Counted from the stretch's first letter, positions 43,239-58,100 are shown. The stretch is DNA of 64,000 nucleotides from Marsupella aquatica (GCA_973895155.1 OZ316893.1:24169520-24233519); one strand, 5' to 3'. Notes: generated from the letters alone by a model not told the origin. A program made the numbers and translations.

Positions 43239-45417
43239 ATGGTTTGTGATTGGGAAGTGAGGTCAGCAAGGGGGGTCAGGAATGAGAAACTTCAAGGAAT
43301 TCAAAAATAGAATTGAAGTTTGAAATCCAAATAAGGAGCAAGAAACCTTTCAGTGGATGGGAAAGGGAATTTTATTTTATTTTATAGTTATAGTTATGTT
43401 TTTACTGAATTCATGACTAATTTTTTCAATAATTATAGCCCTCCCCCCTTCCCCGTTCTACCTCATTCTTGCTCCACCCCTCCTTTTTTCCTTTCTCCCC
43501 CCTCTTGCCTCCCCTTCCATTTTCTCCTCTCCCCCTCCATTTGTAGTTTTCAGGAAGGCTGTTGTTAGGGGAAGTGCTGTAAGTTGTTGCAAGCGGAAGG
43601 AGAGTCAAAAGATAGATTGTCGTTCCAAGGGGAGAAGCCAGGGAGGGAGAGGAGAGCTTGGACCCCAGGCCACAAAAAAGGGGATCAAATGCAAGAATAC
43701 TTGCAGCTGGAGTTGGGGTGAGAGGCCAGGCCAAGGTGTAATGGTGTTGAGGCAAGACAGAAAATACTCTCAGAGCTAGGGAAGAGACACAAAATTGAAC
43801 TTGGGCAAACAGCAAATAGAGGTGTACGCAAAGAAAAATCATTGACTTATGAGCAAGAGACACTTATGAGCTTTGGGTAGAAATCTAATTCCAAGTAATG
43901 TCAAGGAAATGGGAGAACCAATTGGGTGGGGTCCATTGGCCCCTCCCACCTTGCAAAGGATTTTGTGGAGGAAGCAGTTGAGAAAAATAAGTGTCATGGA
44001 GGCAAGGTGAACTTTTGGGCCCTATGTTGATACGGTGCACAAATACCATTGCAACTGTGTTGTGCTTGTGGTTGGGTTGTCATTGCGGTTGTGTTGTGGT
44101 TATGAAAGTCAATCAATTGTCATTTTGACTGGTTGTTGTAGTAGTGGTCGTGCCCGTGGTTGTGTGATTGTCACGAAAGTGTTGGTATTCCAACTGTGTC
44201 ACTATGTTGTCATTTTATGATTGCGGAGTGTCATTTGGGTGCATGTTTGTTGGTGCCACAATGTTGTTGTTTTAGTCCATGTTGCATGTTGTGAGAGTTG
44301 AGTATAGATATTGTTGGGGAGGGCAAGTTAAGTGCATGGAGGGCTGCAAGATGGGTAAGAATGTCTCAGGGCATCATGGGGTTGCACCATGGGTTGCGGG
44401 ATGCTATATAGAATAATAATATTTTCACCCTCCATTGCCCCCCACCCCCCCCCCCCCCACCCCCCGCGCCTGCCGTATGTGTCTTTCCTTCTGTGCCCTT
44501 GGAGTGCCTCCTTCCTTCCCCATTTTCTCCCCTCCAACACCATTCAAATGGAAAAACAATTTGGAAGGAAAAGACAAAGTAACTTTCCAAAAAATGAATA
44601 TTCACTTTTGGAGAGGAAAAAGGGCAGAACATTTTCACATGTCAATTCATTTTTTCTTTATCTGTTCAATTCCAAAAATCTTAATCTCACGTCATTCTAT
44701 TCATTTACTACTCCATGCTAAAAAGTACTTTTGAACTGTAGAGCATTGAATGTGACTGTACTCTAGCTAGTATTGTGTAGTCTAGCTAGCACATGTCACA
44801 TGTACTAAGTATACCTTATCACATGTACTAAGTATACCTTATCGCAAGTCTTTTCAAATTACAGGGACCTTTTCCCAATCCAAGAGTCCCAAATATTCAT
44901 GCACATATCTGATGGTAAAGCAATGTTCCCTCCTTTTTCTCTTTTTGTGAACGGACGATGAGAGGGATTTGGCGGGATCCCTTATTATAGATGTAGATGT
45001 TATGGTAAACCAAATTGTCAAAATGTATCATTACAAACCGTATTGCTCAGCCTATTGTGACCAAGTAGTATTGGTCATGGTCAGTGTCTATTGAGCGTTC
45101 AAGCTTCATGACTTTTGTTTATGATAATGGGCAGGCTCCTGCCCATTAAAAGAGCCTGCTGGTTGGCACATGTTTAGAGTTGTGCCATGCCACAGCAGGT
45201 CTCACATTGTGTCACTAAACTGAAAACTAATTGAGTCTAGTTACAGTAGCATAACTATTGTATAATCTCCTCCCATATACAGATCCAGTAATCAAGAAAC
45301 CCTGTTCCTGAAAATCCAGATATCTTTACACTGAGTGGATTGGACCTTACTTTTAGATTTTAGTTACTGGGTTGGTCAACACCCAGCTACACTAGCAAAA
45401 CCCAGTTGGGTTGACCA

Positions 45418-46077
45418 CGAGTTAAATCTACATCACGTTAATGCTCCCCCACTTCCCCGGGGCGCCGTACACTGCCCGTCCCAGTCCCCGATGCTGCTGC
45501 CCGCTCCGGCCCAAGTTTGGCAGAACATAAACCAATACTCTTCAATTTAAATCATGTGCTCCGGCCCGATTAACTTTGCGTCATCGACTTCAGGTTTATG
45601 TTTTGGCACCCAAAATGTTTTGTCGGCCGCTCCGGCCCGATTGACTTTGTGCCATCAACTTTTTGGAAGAAGTGTTGCCAAAACATAAACCACCACTCCA
45701 TAGAGAATAAATATTTGGCACAACATAAACCAAGACTTTATAAATCATGACTCTTAACCAAAGTACTAGGTTTGCCCTGAACACTTAGACTCTGTTGGAA
45801 AGAAGTGTTGCCAGAACATAAACCAAGACTCCACAAGGAATAAATCGATGACACAAATTTAAGTCGTCAGGCTGGAGCAAGCGAAGGTGCCAAAACATAA
45901 ACCCAAAGTCGATGACCCAAAGTTTATCGTGTCGGAGGGCTTGACAAAATGGTAGAGTATTGGTTTATGTTCTGCCAAACTTGGGCCGGAGCGGGCATCA
46001 ACATCGGGGACTGGGACGGGCAATGTACGGCGCCCTGGGGAAGTGGGGGAGCATTAACGTGATGTAGATTTAACTCG
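45418..46077. mobile_element. Foldback/MITE-like element with ~125-bp TIRs
   Basis: 45418-45541 is the near-perfect reverse complement of 45954-46077. Internal repeats CCARAACATAAACC; flanked by CCCAGTTGGGTTG repeats. Confidence 0.85.
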
Positions 46078-49000
46078 GGGTGTTGGGTTGGAGATGCTCA
46101 CCCAGTTACATTAACAAAACCCAGTTGGGTTGGAGATGCTCACCCAGCTACATTAGCAAAACCCAGTTGGGTTGGAGAAGCTCTAATACAAAATAAAGGT
46201 GCACAACCATTGGAGAACATGGCACTTTCTAACCAAAGGCATAGCGTTAATCCACGCCGATCATCATTCGAGAAGAATTCTGTAGATTACGCTCGGCTCG
46301 CAGATGATTCAAAAGCGAGCTTTGGCAGCTAAATTCAATAAGACAGCAGCATTAATAATGGAGACCTCAACAAGAAAGCAGACCACCGATCGCTATTATG
46401 CGCATCAGAGTTGTCGAGCAGGAAGCCAGACGAACGAGAAAGAGATCGAGCGAATCGGGGAAACGAAGTGTTGTCGAGCACGAAGGAAGAGAAGAAATAG
46501 AACAGATCGAGCGAATTGTGGAAATGATGCCGCATCTCTGGGGAATGTGTTGAATGCATGGCCACATCGGACAATGTGGTGCGGGCGGGCTCACACCCAA
46601 GTTCCGGGACACAGCAACAATTCGTTGATGCTGACTTATGAGCAGGGGTTGCCGGATCTATTCCATTTCACTTTTCACCAGACGGTATTGTCCCCCTTTC
46701 AAAGAGTTCGAGGTCGATTGATGACCGTGCAGGGTAGGGATTCACTAGATTTTGGCGGCCATCAATCTTCCTGGTTTCGATGGCAAGGGCACTGTCGCTT
46801 TCTCTCAAGGCGACCGCCCTTCCGTGGGAAAGAAAGGTGACATTTTTTTTTGCCAGCAGGAAAGGAGTTTCAAATATCAGGCAAAGCAGCTGTTGCTGTG
46901 AACGCATATGCAAACGGAAACGGAAACGGGTCAACAACAATGCCTCCTAGTGCCATTAGATTGTGTAGAGCTGGAGTGAATAGCAATGCCTTATAGATAT
47001 ACTTGTCACACGATTCCAAACTTCGATCCTTCCGCACGTAATTGTTTGTCCCTCGCAACCGAGCAGCATTTCCAAGTTCAATCCTTCGCAGAATAAGATA
47101 GGGAAGAAAAGCACACAAGATGAGTGTGGGTGAGTTGGGTCCGCTATCCTCTCCGAAGTGGAATTAAGGAAGCTGGGAAACATTTCCTTCAAGTTTCATC
47201 TCAAAGAGATGTGTGTAACAAATAGTTAGAGCAGCATTTCAAGAAAGAATCCTTGAGTGGGCAATCAATGATCCCGTTAGTCCTGCAAACAGCCCACGAA
47301 TTGAATTCAGATTCCTTCCAATGTCTTCCAATGTGGACGTGTTTGCGAGGCCATCTCAATGTTTCGGAAGGCAGGGAATAACGGAGCAATTTGCACAACA
47401 GTTTTGAGGTGTTGTTTGTCCATATGTAGTTGGATTTGAAAACTAAATTTCTCTGCGCGTGAGAGATATACTCCTAAATTGGAGATGGTATATATGTGTA
47501 AAAAGCTGTCTCTTTGAATTTGTTTGGCATCCTGTACGCATTGATTTCGACATCAGGAAGTAATCTAACCGGATATGAAGGTGGAGACCTCGGACAATTT
47601 GTGGATGTCAGATATTCAGCGCAAGTTCCTCTCGATCCGATTGCGACAAAGGTTTCCCGCTGTTCTTTTGGGCAAACAAATACAGTCAACAAGACATTAT
47701 TCATATTATAATAGAAACTGTTTTCCCTGGAGAAATTCTGGCACTCATGGGTTCTTGGGGTGGTAAGATTTTGTATAGTTTATGATCTTAGGCAACCCTG
47801 GAAAGCATATGCAACATAAGCGGGCTGTTCGGTAGGCTGCCGGGAATTGGCATTCAATCCTGAAGTACTGCCAGCATTGCGACAGGAGTTTTTTGCCAAT
47901 TGAAAATGCCCGGGGATTGATGAGGCAAATTGAAGTTTCTGAGAAGGTGACCCAGGAGGGATAAAAGTCGAGTACCAAGGTTTACAACCATTTCCTGAAT
48001 GGTCTTGACGGGAGCGATAATGTAGGGAATGCTCAACCAGATAGCCAGAAGATCTAGAAGAAACAATCCCAGACTGCAGACGGATTGTTCCTTTCTTTGT
48101 AAAGCTGAAGCGATCTGCCCCGACAAATTTGGCATTGGGATTTGCTAGATATGCAACCTGCAGGAAGGGGAAATTAATGAATAGTTCCGTAGTGTCTGTC
48201 TGGCAGTCTACTTGTGGCCCTGCCACTTCTTCACCTTCTAATACTTTTGTTTTGGTTTTGACTTTGCAGAATCGCTTCTTAGATACTTCCAATGACAGGC
48301 AAATTGACAAGCATGGAATTTTTCTTTCTTGCGGCCTGTGCAAAACGGTGGAGGGACTGTAAAACTAAACCCTAAACCCTGCACCTTTGCAAGCAGTGGT
48401 GAATTCTGGTACGTCGAGGTAAAGTTATTGTAAATCTTCGTTTATACATGTAAACTAGTCTACTGCTGGTGCATGTATACTTACTATTGTTAATGGTAAC
48501 TGATTGAGTGGAAGTGTTGTGAAGCATAAGTGTCTAGGCAGTTAGACATTGTTGGGGGTTAGGAGTATGCAAGTCTACCTGACTATTGGATTTCAAGGAG
48601 TGTGCAAAGTATGGAAACAATGATGGGTCAGGCGCAAAGAATTGTACATTGGCACCTCCAGGTCCATTTCATGATTTAGAAAAAATATCACCATAATTGA
48701 ATGGCTAGGAAGGTTTCCTTCCAGAATGACATTTTGTAAGCATACCACTAGAAAGAAAGTGCCAGATAAGGTATTACAGTGTTTAGATGCATTTGAGTTT
48801 AAGGCCAAGGGTGATTTTTCCTAAACACACGCAAACTCCATCTTGCTTACACCAAACCCACATCTAACATCTATAACATGCAATGCCCCCAAGCTCTCCC
48901 ATATTTTGTTTACGAAATCCCAATTTGGGTGGAAATTTTTGCCAGCAATTGGATTTCATTTTTGGCTTTCTATGGCAACGCAATCCTGCTGGGAGGGGGC

Positions 49001-51469
49001 TGATGGCAAGGCAAGGCAGACATGAGGTGAGGCAACTTGACATGGTCAGCCCCGGGTGCCTATGCTGGGATGGGCAGTGGACATTGTGCGAGTGGGAGGT
49101 GAATAGTCAAGGAGGGGGGAGGAAAATAATTGGGAAGTGGGAGCTAGGGAGGGAAAAGGGTGGTAGGTAGGGACAGGAAGAGTTGAGGAGAGGGGCGGCG
49201 TGGGTTGTGGTTGAGGAGAGGGGGGTGTAGTCAGCACAAGGTTGTCTACTCAAGGCATGTGAACATCCAAAAGAGGATTTACAAGGTCAATCCTTGTGTT
49301 TATGACCTCAGCATGCTTGTTCTCACAAATAATTGCTCCAACAATTTGAGCTTAGGAGGAACGAGTTTGATCCTTTATCCTTCACCTCCAGGAGCACATT
49401 GAAATTCTCTAATCCAGTTACAAGGTTTTAACTACCCAAATTCACTATCTTGTCCCAAAAACAAAACAAGGTTGTTAACCTGCCCTGCTTTTTTTATATG
49501 GCTTACCAGTAACCCAATCCAAGGTTCCCCCTGCCACATGGCAAGGCATGAGTGGCCAAGGTTAACCAGGCACGACCTTGTCTCCCATGAGAGGGGATAG
49601 TGATATATACTCGCCCCTAGACTTTGTGGAAATCTCTATTGCCCTTCCATTTATTCCGCCGCTCCCCCACAGCGACGATGTAAACGTCCTTAATATATGT
49701 TACGAGTTACAACAGTTCTACAATTACGGATACAAACCATTCAAACTGTAACCCGTTTGCGGTCTCCACTCTCTCCACCCGTCCATTCAGTAACCGCGTG
49801 TACGGCGTTCCATACTTTGCGGACCTCGCAATGCGCGCCAAAAGTATCTACTCTAGTCAGGTACAGTCCAGATCGACCCTGTCGTTCTTGCGGCGCCGCC
49901 AGACAATCCGGGTGTTTACTTGGTTGAGGAGAGGCGAGGGTAGGGAATACTAATCGAGCAACCCGCTGGATCTGGGCCGTCCACTGCCGATTTCAATTCG
50001 CAACACTGTGCGGGCTGGAATTACAAATTGCTCATGGCCCCGCGCGCAACAGGTGCACTGTAGGTATCTGAGTATCTGACGGTACTCCTCAAACAACCGA
50101 TCGGGAATCGGATGGACAGCGTCATGATTCATGAAAGGGTACTTTGCACGTCTCCGTTGGAAGGTAGTGTGCTGCGCCGTGAATTTCCTCGAGCACTGAA
50201 AGCATTTTTGTGAAATCCAATAGTTTATATTGTCATTATTGTTTTGCGGACTTACATATCTTACCACTCATTTTACCTTTAATTACAGTACTACTATGTC
50301 ACCTTTTTCCGTCACTGGTTAGGCAAAATAACTCTAGTTACAGTAGCTTTGGAATGATCAAACTGTAAACATCCAGCCAGTTTTCATCATTGGACTGTCA
50401 TCACTGCCCTCAAATGAACCTCAACACCCTTGCACACATTTGATGAGGGGGGACAAGGGAGTTGGGTAGCCAACCAGGAGAAGGCAGAGCAATTTGAGGC
50501 AGCAGCAAAGTAAGAGACCCACCAAATGTTGACCTTGGTTTATAAAGCTAGGGTGTTATGGTTAGGCTGGAGGAGATGGATGAGCATTGGAATGTTTCAA
50601 GCTAGGAAAATTAATCTCAGTTTTTTTCTTTCATGGTCTTTTCACCAAAGAAGCCTCCCTAGTGGTCAATTTGACATTTTTCCTAAGCAAGAGATGGGAC
50701 CAAAGACGCGCAACCCATCTTCTCCTTGTAACTTGCACACTCTTTGAAACCTAGTTGAGGAGTTGATTTGTCAGCTCTTGACATTGCCCAACTAAGTATG
50801 TGATCATCTCATCTCACTTACGTTCAAAAACACTTGTCCTCAACATCACTTACTATCTACAATATTGTGTAATGCAAGGGTATTGGACTAGTCTATGTTA
50901 TAGTTGAAGGTGAGCCTCTATCATCCATATTTTGACATCAGATAGTAGACGTCAGATACTTGTTATTGAAGCTCAAAAAACTTTCTACTCATGTATCATT
51001 GTTACTCACTGTTTACAGTGTCACACTATTCACATAGTCACTACAATGTTGTACAGTAGTTAACAGATGGATGGAGAACTAGCATACTGTATAGTGTTTA
51101 CATGAACCCCCATTAGGGATCCCTTCCTAATTCACTGGCATGAGGATGCACCTCATCAGCGAGGCTGGATGGTGACAAACTGGACAGAGTAGGTTTTCTG
51201 GAAAACAAAAAGGGACTTGTCATGTTTGTGTCCATATTTGTGTAAATTATGGGGCGTCATGCCGTAAGTATCAAGCGCAAAAAACCAGAATACAAAGAAA
51301 GAGATTTCACTTTTTCATTGTAAACATAAAATAAAGTTACCATTCTAATGTTTGTCAATGATATATCAGTGTTTTACATCAAAATGCTTATAATCAAAAA
51401 CCAATCGATATAAATGTACATAGTTATAACCCCTTTGGCTCCACATTGTAAAACTAAATAATCAATCTC

Positions 51470-52050
51470 CTTAGTATTTGATGAAATTTGTCAATGTGAG
51501 ATTCATTGGAAAACTCAAGATCAAGATTTAGAAACTAATGACCTCTATAGTACTAACTAAAATATCTCAATGTCACACTCATTGGAAAGCTAGAGCAAAA
51601 TTAGAAACTTGTCATCTCCTTTGTACTCGACAAAATCTATCAATGTTAGGTTCATTGGAAAGCTAGAGAAATTTGGATACTTGTGATCTCTCTAATTCTT
51701 GACAAATACTCCCAATGTCACACATTAGAAAGCTAGAGACATTTAAAACCTCATGATCTCTTTAGTACCGTGACAAAATATGACATAAAATTTGTCAATG
51801 TTAGACTCAATGTTGGAAATCTAAAAGAATTCATGAACTCGTGATCAAAATTTCTTATTGTCACACTCATTGGAAGGCAGAGAAATTCAAAAACTCATTT
51901 GGAACTTCATAAAATTTGTCTATTTGAGGCTCATTGGAAACCTAGAAAATTTTGTAATTAACTCATGATTTACTTGGTACTTGACAAAATATACCAATGT
52001 GATGTTCATTCAAAACAAACAGAAATTCAGCAAATCATGATCTTGTTTCT
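51470..52050. repeat. Degenerate ~60-bp tandem array (CAATGT..CATTGGAAAGCTAGAG..TGATCTC..GACAAAAT)
   Basis: About 9 recurrences of the CATTGGAAA/CAATGT core at ~55-75-bp spacing. Confidence 0.75.
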
Positions 52051-52305
52051 CACTCATCTCTCAATGAACCTTTTGTGCTAAGCACTTAGAGGCGTTTTAG
52101 AAAGTAATAACATTGAGAATGAATCTATTTTTTATTACCAACAAGATCATGGGCCCTCAACCCATTTGGTTCTTGTAAATTTGATAAATGGGTTGAGGAC
52201 CATTTGGACTCAAACTTCCAAGTTACCAACAATAAAATATTTGAAGGAATGAAAAAAAGGATCGAGAAATGACATTCCCGTATTGGAATGTTTGGGTTGG
52301 CCGGG

Positions 52306-52308
<3 letters not shown>

Positions 52309-52354
<46 letters not shown>
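52309..52354. repeat. (AG)n microsatellite
   Basis: 23 AG units. Confidence 0.95.
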
Positions 52355-52358
<4 letters not shown>

Positions 52359-55170
52359 ATTTAATCACAGTGTCATGGTCTGGTCAGTGTTCAATCTGGT
52401 GTCATTAGCATATTGAGGCAACCAGTGGAGAAAAGGAGAGGACACGTAGATTACATATAATCAATCATAATGTTGGCTATGCATGATGGGTGGAATTTGT
52501 GATGGGATCACTTTTCTGGGTTGTCCAATTAGAGAGCATTGGAGGTCAAAATGTTCAACAGGATTTCTTCTAAGCTACGAACTAAGCGGCAGTAGTCAGG
52601 GGGCCACGAACTAATTATAGTGGTGAATACATTTTGGCTGTGTTGTGAAGGTCAAGGACGAGGCTTCAGCAGTTTAGTGCAGGAAAACCCATGGCCCTGA
52701 TTGGGGTATGGACTGTTATGTCTGAGGGTGGTCAACTCGAGGGGGTTACAGCCCTATGCATCCAAGGAGGCCATGGATTATCGGGCAAAGACCTCAAGTA
52801 TATTTTGCTCTATTTTCACCAGGAAACTTGTACTGAGTCTCATACTGTCAACCTAGGTTGGCCAAAGGATGCCAGAACTCTCGTAACCCTCCAGCCAGGC
52901 TTATTTTTAGTCCTAAAGACAGCCAGCTAGGCTGCCCAGGGGATTGTGGCTAATAACACAAATACTGTGTGACCCAGGGTTTTGTTGGATCCGCCACCAA
53001 CACTAAGCTGTCCAATTGTCATTTTCTCTGGCCTCTTGGGTTTATTTTCTCATTGTCCCATTGGTTTTCACTTGGGACATTCTTTAAGTTCATTTTGGTG
53101 CATCATTGTCTTTAAAGAACTAAGAGCACTCCTACTGGTGCCCACCAAATAACCCACCAAATAACCCTCCCATCAGGGAGTTTAGGGAGCCCATGAGGCG
53201 CCCATGAATCCAAGGTTCATGTGGGGGTTTGGGAAGGGTTCCACAAGCAACCCCACCTGTCCTGCCTTTCACACTCAAAGTCACTACAAAGTGTCAGTGG
53301 GGACTGTGTGCACACTTGCCAAAGTAGATGTTAGAGCAACAGTGTGAGGGCCAATTGGGGTCTTGGCGGGCTTGGTGCCACTGGATTGTGGAGGAGAGGA
53401 TTGCTAGCCTTGGGTGGACCTCAATTTGGGTTGGGCATAGTGGAGGTTCAAAAACTGGGCTGCAGACTGGTCTTGTTACACTTGCTCCCGGCAAGCACCA
53501 GAGCCTACTAGTGCAAGTGCTCTAAGAATACACAAGGGATTTACCGGCAGGTTACTAGGGCATCTCAAATATGGCAAAATTTCATGTTTGATCGTGCCCA
53601 GGACTCTAGCAGGCCAGGGCAACAGGATACACTGGCCGGACACCGAATGTGAGGGCCCGACCACTACGGGGAAGAGATCCGGATTTCAGAGTAGTCATTG
53701 ACTCAGGTTGCCATTCACATAGAGTGCCTCGACCCCCCTCAAATTTGACTTCCTGAGAAGATCACTGCCTGGTTGTACACATTTCTGGTGCGCTCGGAGT
53801 GCATCGCGAGCCGCCCGTGGAGTGATTTTGTTTTCATATTTGGGACTCCCTACTACTGTAGAGACACGTGACTAAAGAATGGGAGGGCAAGGGACATGAT
53901 GGCAGAGGGCGGTCGAGTTGGTTCCTTGGGCCGGCACGCCGAGGGTGTTCCCGAGGGAACAAGAAGGTCGGTCGTGGGCAAAAACGGCGCGGTGGCAGAA
54001 TAGGCAATGTGGGTACTGTAATCTACAGCAGTGACGAAGAGTGGGGGAACGAAGACCGACAAGAGCTTTTTCCATTGAAAAAAGGAAGAAAGAGAGTGAG
54101 GGTGGTGAGCTGAATCATTTCGAGTCTACGGTAGTCGAGTCAGTCATCAGTAGTGAGTCGTGCCGAGAATCGGACGGGCAGCGGGCATTTGAGGAATCGT
54201 GAGCGAGTCTTCACTGACGAGTGACCGACCCACCAAGCGGAAGAGTCAAATTCATCATCTCCGCCTGTTGAGGGTTTTGGCGGTGGGGCTGCTACTGCTG
54301 GACCGGAAGTCTGTCGTCTGTAGGAGTGGTGAAGTCTGGACCAGTCTAGACTGCTCCTCGAATGGCGCCCACCTTGCCGTAGAGTTGTAGAGTTCCTTTA
54401 ATCTGGAGAGAATGATGTGAGAGAGAGAGGAAGGTCGAAGAATAGCAGGGTAGGGAGGGTGTAAAGTGTACAGAAAACATGGAGATCCGCTGCAGCAGTA
54501 CGTAGAGTCGTGGACGACTGTGACATAGTAAGGGAGTCCTGTCAGCTCCCCGACTGTGTGTACTGACGCGTCGAAGATCAAATTCTGCCCACAGCCTATT
54601 CTTGTTGCTGGTGAAGGGTTCTTCACCTGCCACTTTTTTGCGTAGTGTTGCGATTCTGTGGCGCGTAGGCGTGGCAATCGGAAGTTCCTTTCTTGCTTGA
54701 GGAGCTGGTCTTTGCGACTGAGGATGTTGTTGTGTATGTATGTCTCCGGACCTTCTCTGGTTTAGCAAGATGCCGAAAACCCTAATTTCTCGCTGGGATC
54801 TAGAGCCTCGATTGTGATGTTACTGCAGTTACGAGAAAGAGAACCAATGAGTTAATTTTGAGGTCCACTGATTTGAGAGTGAGAGCGTTATGCAGAGGTG
54901 TTGACTTCTGGTCTCTGAATTTTGTCTCCACTCTTGCAGATGTGCATTTAGAAACTCTATGGTTAGAGAGATGAATAATGAAGCTTCACAGAGGGCAGCG
55001 GGCATTTTAATTGAAAGAATTGTTTCATTGTGAGGCAGCTTGTTCTGATGAGAGGCGAATTGGGAAGTAGGATGTCGCAGGGCTGGATAATTTGGCAGGG
55101 TGGGAGAGAACGAGAAGGAATATGAGTTGGTAATAGAATCTGGACGTGTCAGTGGTCTAGCTCAGGGGGG

Positions 55171-58100
55171 ATGAGCGGAAACGTCACAGATCCCCCGTTG
55201 GGGATTGCTGGAGAGACCATTGTTCGGAAAAGAGGCCGCCCAAAGAAGGTGAGAGCTGATGATGGAGTTGCGGAGAACAAGCGGCAGAAGATTGATGCTA
55301 GTCCTGGCGTCAGTGCGGAAATGCCATGGTCCAGCATTTCTACCAGTATTGGAATTCCGGTGGAAAAGAGTTTGGCACAGGATATAAACCATGGTCAGCT
55401 GCAAGAGCTGCAGCAGCAAAGTTTGAGGAATTTGGCAGTGATGAACAGTAAACGAAATGCAATACCACCTCAAGGCGGCGAAGTGGAATCAGCCTTGCAT
55501 AGTGATCCCGGCAGCATAGGGAAAGATATTTCTTGGGAAGAGGCCATGAGGGGAAGTGCCTTGGAGGTGGTCCTTCAGGTTCATGGGATACGCACACCAG
55601 CCGAGGGTGGAGCTGCAATTTTTCCAGGGGAAGCAGGGGGCCAGGAAGGAGGAGCAGGAGGAGCTGATACCACTACCCAATGTGCCGTTTGTAGACAACC
55701 AGAAATCAAGAGGCAGACCATTATATGTGATAGTTGCGAGCAAAGCTTCCATGTCAGCTGTGTGAGGCTACCAGCTGAACGAGCAACGGATTTGGACGAT
55801 TGGACTTGCCCATCTTGCACCATTGCTTTTAGTGCGACCGGTGATCCCCGTGGCTACTCCAAATTAGCTCAGCAGTGCCTGGACAAAAACCTACAAAGGA
55901 CAGCCGTGGGCAAGGTTGCTCACAAAGGGCGGGGAAAGAAACCTGAAAGTGTGCAGGAGAGCCCCAACAGAGTATTGGATTTGAACGTGCCTGCAGAGGC
56001 CCATGAAGGAATAGATCATATGCAAAGTGAGAACGGATCAGCAGAGTTGGATTTTAGGTAACGTTTCTGTCCAATTCTAATCTGCAGGCGATGGGATACT
56101 GTTGTTGTCATAAATATTTTCTGAATGTTTTGCTGGATTAAACTTGTCCTTTTGGGATTTGCACCACGCTGACACTTCTCTTTTGTGTGAGATGCAGACT
56201 ACAACCTTCAGAAGTAATACAAACTCCTAGAATGCACTTGTGCGAAAGCCAGAATGAGATCTTTGTAACTCCTGTCCAATTGCCGACTTCCGTTCCAATG
56301 TTGGGAAGCGGTCATGAAGCAGGTTCTGAAGCTAAGAAGCAACAACTTTTGTCGTTGGAAAGTTCTGTTTTGAAGGCGGCTGGAAGCAATGGTGAATTGT
56401 GGGGGTCTAGTTCTCCGGAGAAACTCTCGAACCTTGGTGAAAGTTTTCCATCTGATAAAAGTGGAGCAGTTGCTGCTGTGCCTGTTGGAAGTTTGCCTGC
56501 TGAAATGGAGGGATTTGGACATATCACCAGCAGGAAGGCTTCTCCTGAAAAGCTCACAAATGTATCAAAGGAGCTGGGTAAAGTTGTTGCTGGGAGTGCG
56601 TCTAACAAAATCAAAGAGCTTGCTAGGTTTAGTGGAACCAGGGCCTCTGATATCTCAGGGCCACCGGTAGGGGCACATGCGAGCAGGCCTATTGATCTCA
56701 CCGGAGAATTCCCTGATGTTATGGAGAGCAAGAGAATGTCTCTTCTTAGTAGCTTAAGTGAATCATCGGTGAGACTCCTCCAGAAAGCCACTGAGGGCAA
56801 GAGTTCTGAAATCCTAGACATTTCTGGATGGACGAACCCTAGGAATTTGTTGGAAACCCCACAGACATTCCCTGCACCCAGATTAGAAGAGAAGTCGTTC
56901 AACCTGACCGACAAAATGTCTGCACCCAGATTAGAAGAGAAGTTGTTCAACCCACCCGATAAAATGTCTGCACCCAGATTAGAAGAGAAGTTGTTCAATC
57001 GACCCGATAAAATGTCTGCACCCAGATTAGATGAGAAGTTGCTCAACCTCCCTGATATTACATTTTATGAAAGCAAACCACTCACTCCTTTGAACAGACA
57101 GAGAACGACTCGATCTCCAGAGAAAGTCGTGCAAACAGCTGCAAGTGGGCAAAGTCTTCCAACCACGGCAGGTTGTCGTCCTGACTTTGTCAACCTTGTT
57201 GATCAAACCGGGAGGAGACACCGTGAGCTGAATGGGCAGCAACCGTCGGGTATCAACTATATTGATCTTACTGGGGTCGTGCATGACAGCCTTCCAGGGC
57301 AAAACCCGAAGGCAGTCTCAGAGGATGCAGCTCGCGAAAGTTCTGAGGATCAGCAACTCAAGAAATTGGGAGAGGAAACATTACAGCAGCTTAAGGATGC
57401 CATCCACGAAAAGCATGGACTCTTTTTAGCAGAAGGATGGGAAGTTGAGGTCAAGAGGAGAAAAAATGAGCGCCACTTGGATAAGTACTTTATCTCGCCT
57501 GAAAAGCAACGTTTCCGGTCGCGGTTAGAGGTGATGAGGCACCTTGGTCTTTCTGACGGTCCAAAGAGAAAAACTGATCTTCCACAGGATCACACTCATC
57601 CCAAAAATTGGTCCCCAATGGTTCTAAAGGCGGCAACCGGAAAAGACGAGGTAACAAGAACAGAGTGCCATTATCCGGGATACTTGTCTGAACTTATGCG
57701 CCCAGGACGGGTGTGATTACGATCTTTGCCTTGTTAGTACACACTGATTATCACCATGAATGTCACGTGTCCTTGTTGTGAAAAAGTACAAACTAGAAAC
57801 CTACGCATTCTCTCGCTTGCCACTGATTAGTTTTAAGGTTGCAGCTCTAAGCACTGTAGTTGTTTTGGGAACGTGCCATACTGTCAACTAAATGAGTTTC
57901 TCTGGTAGCAATTGCAGCTACATTTCAAGTGTGGAGATTTGGTGATTGAGTCTCTGGGAGTGGTCGATGCGAGACCTAGTTTTCGTGACGAACTACAAAT
58001 ATGGCCTATTGGGTATCGATCTACGTGGCATGATTCGACAACCGCATCATTTTGCGTAAGTGAAGTGGTTGACAATGGATCATCTGCGCCTGTTTTCCGT

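Noticed and set aside
47474-48343. Minus-strand ORFs below a telo-box (AAACCCTAAACCCT, ~48368)
   Set aside because: Coding-like composition, but no family or consistent exon chain could be recognised.
49697-50267. GC-richer island with short ORFs
   Set aside because: No identifiable domain, splice chain or RNA-gene structure.
43076-52050. Repeat arrays as CRISPR
   Set aside because: Eukaryotic context, degenerate units, no unique spacers and no cas genes.
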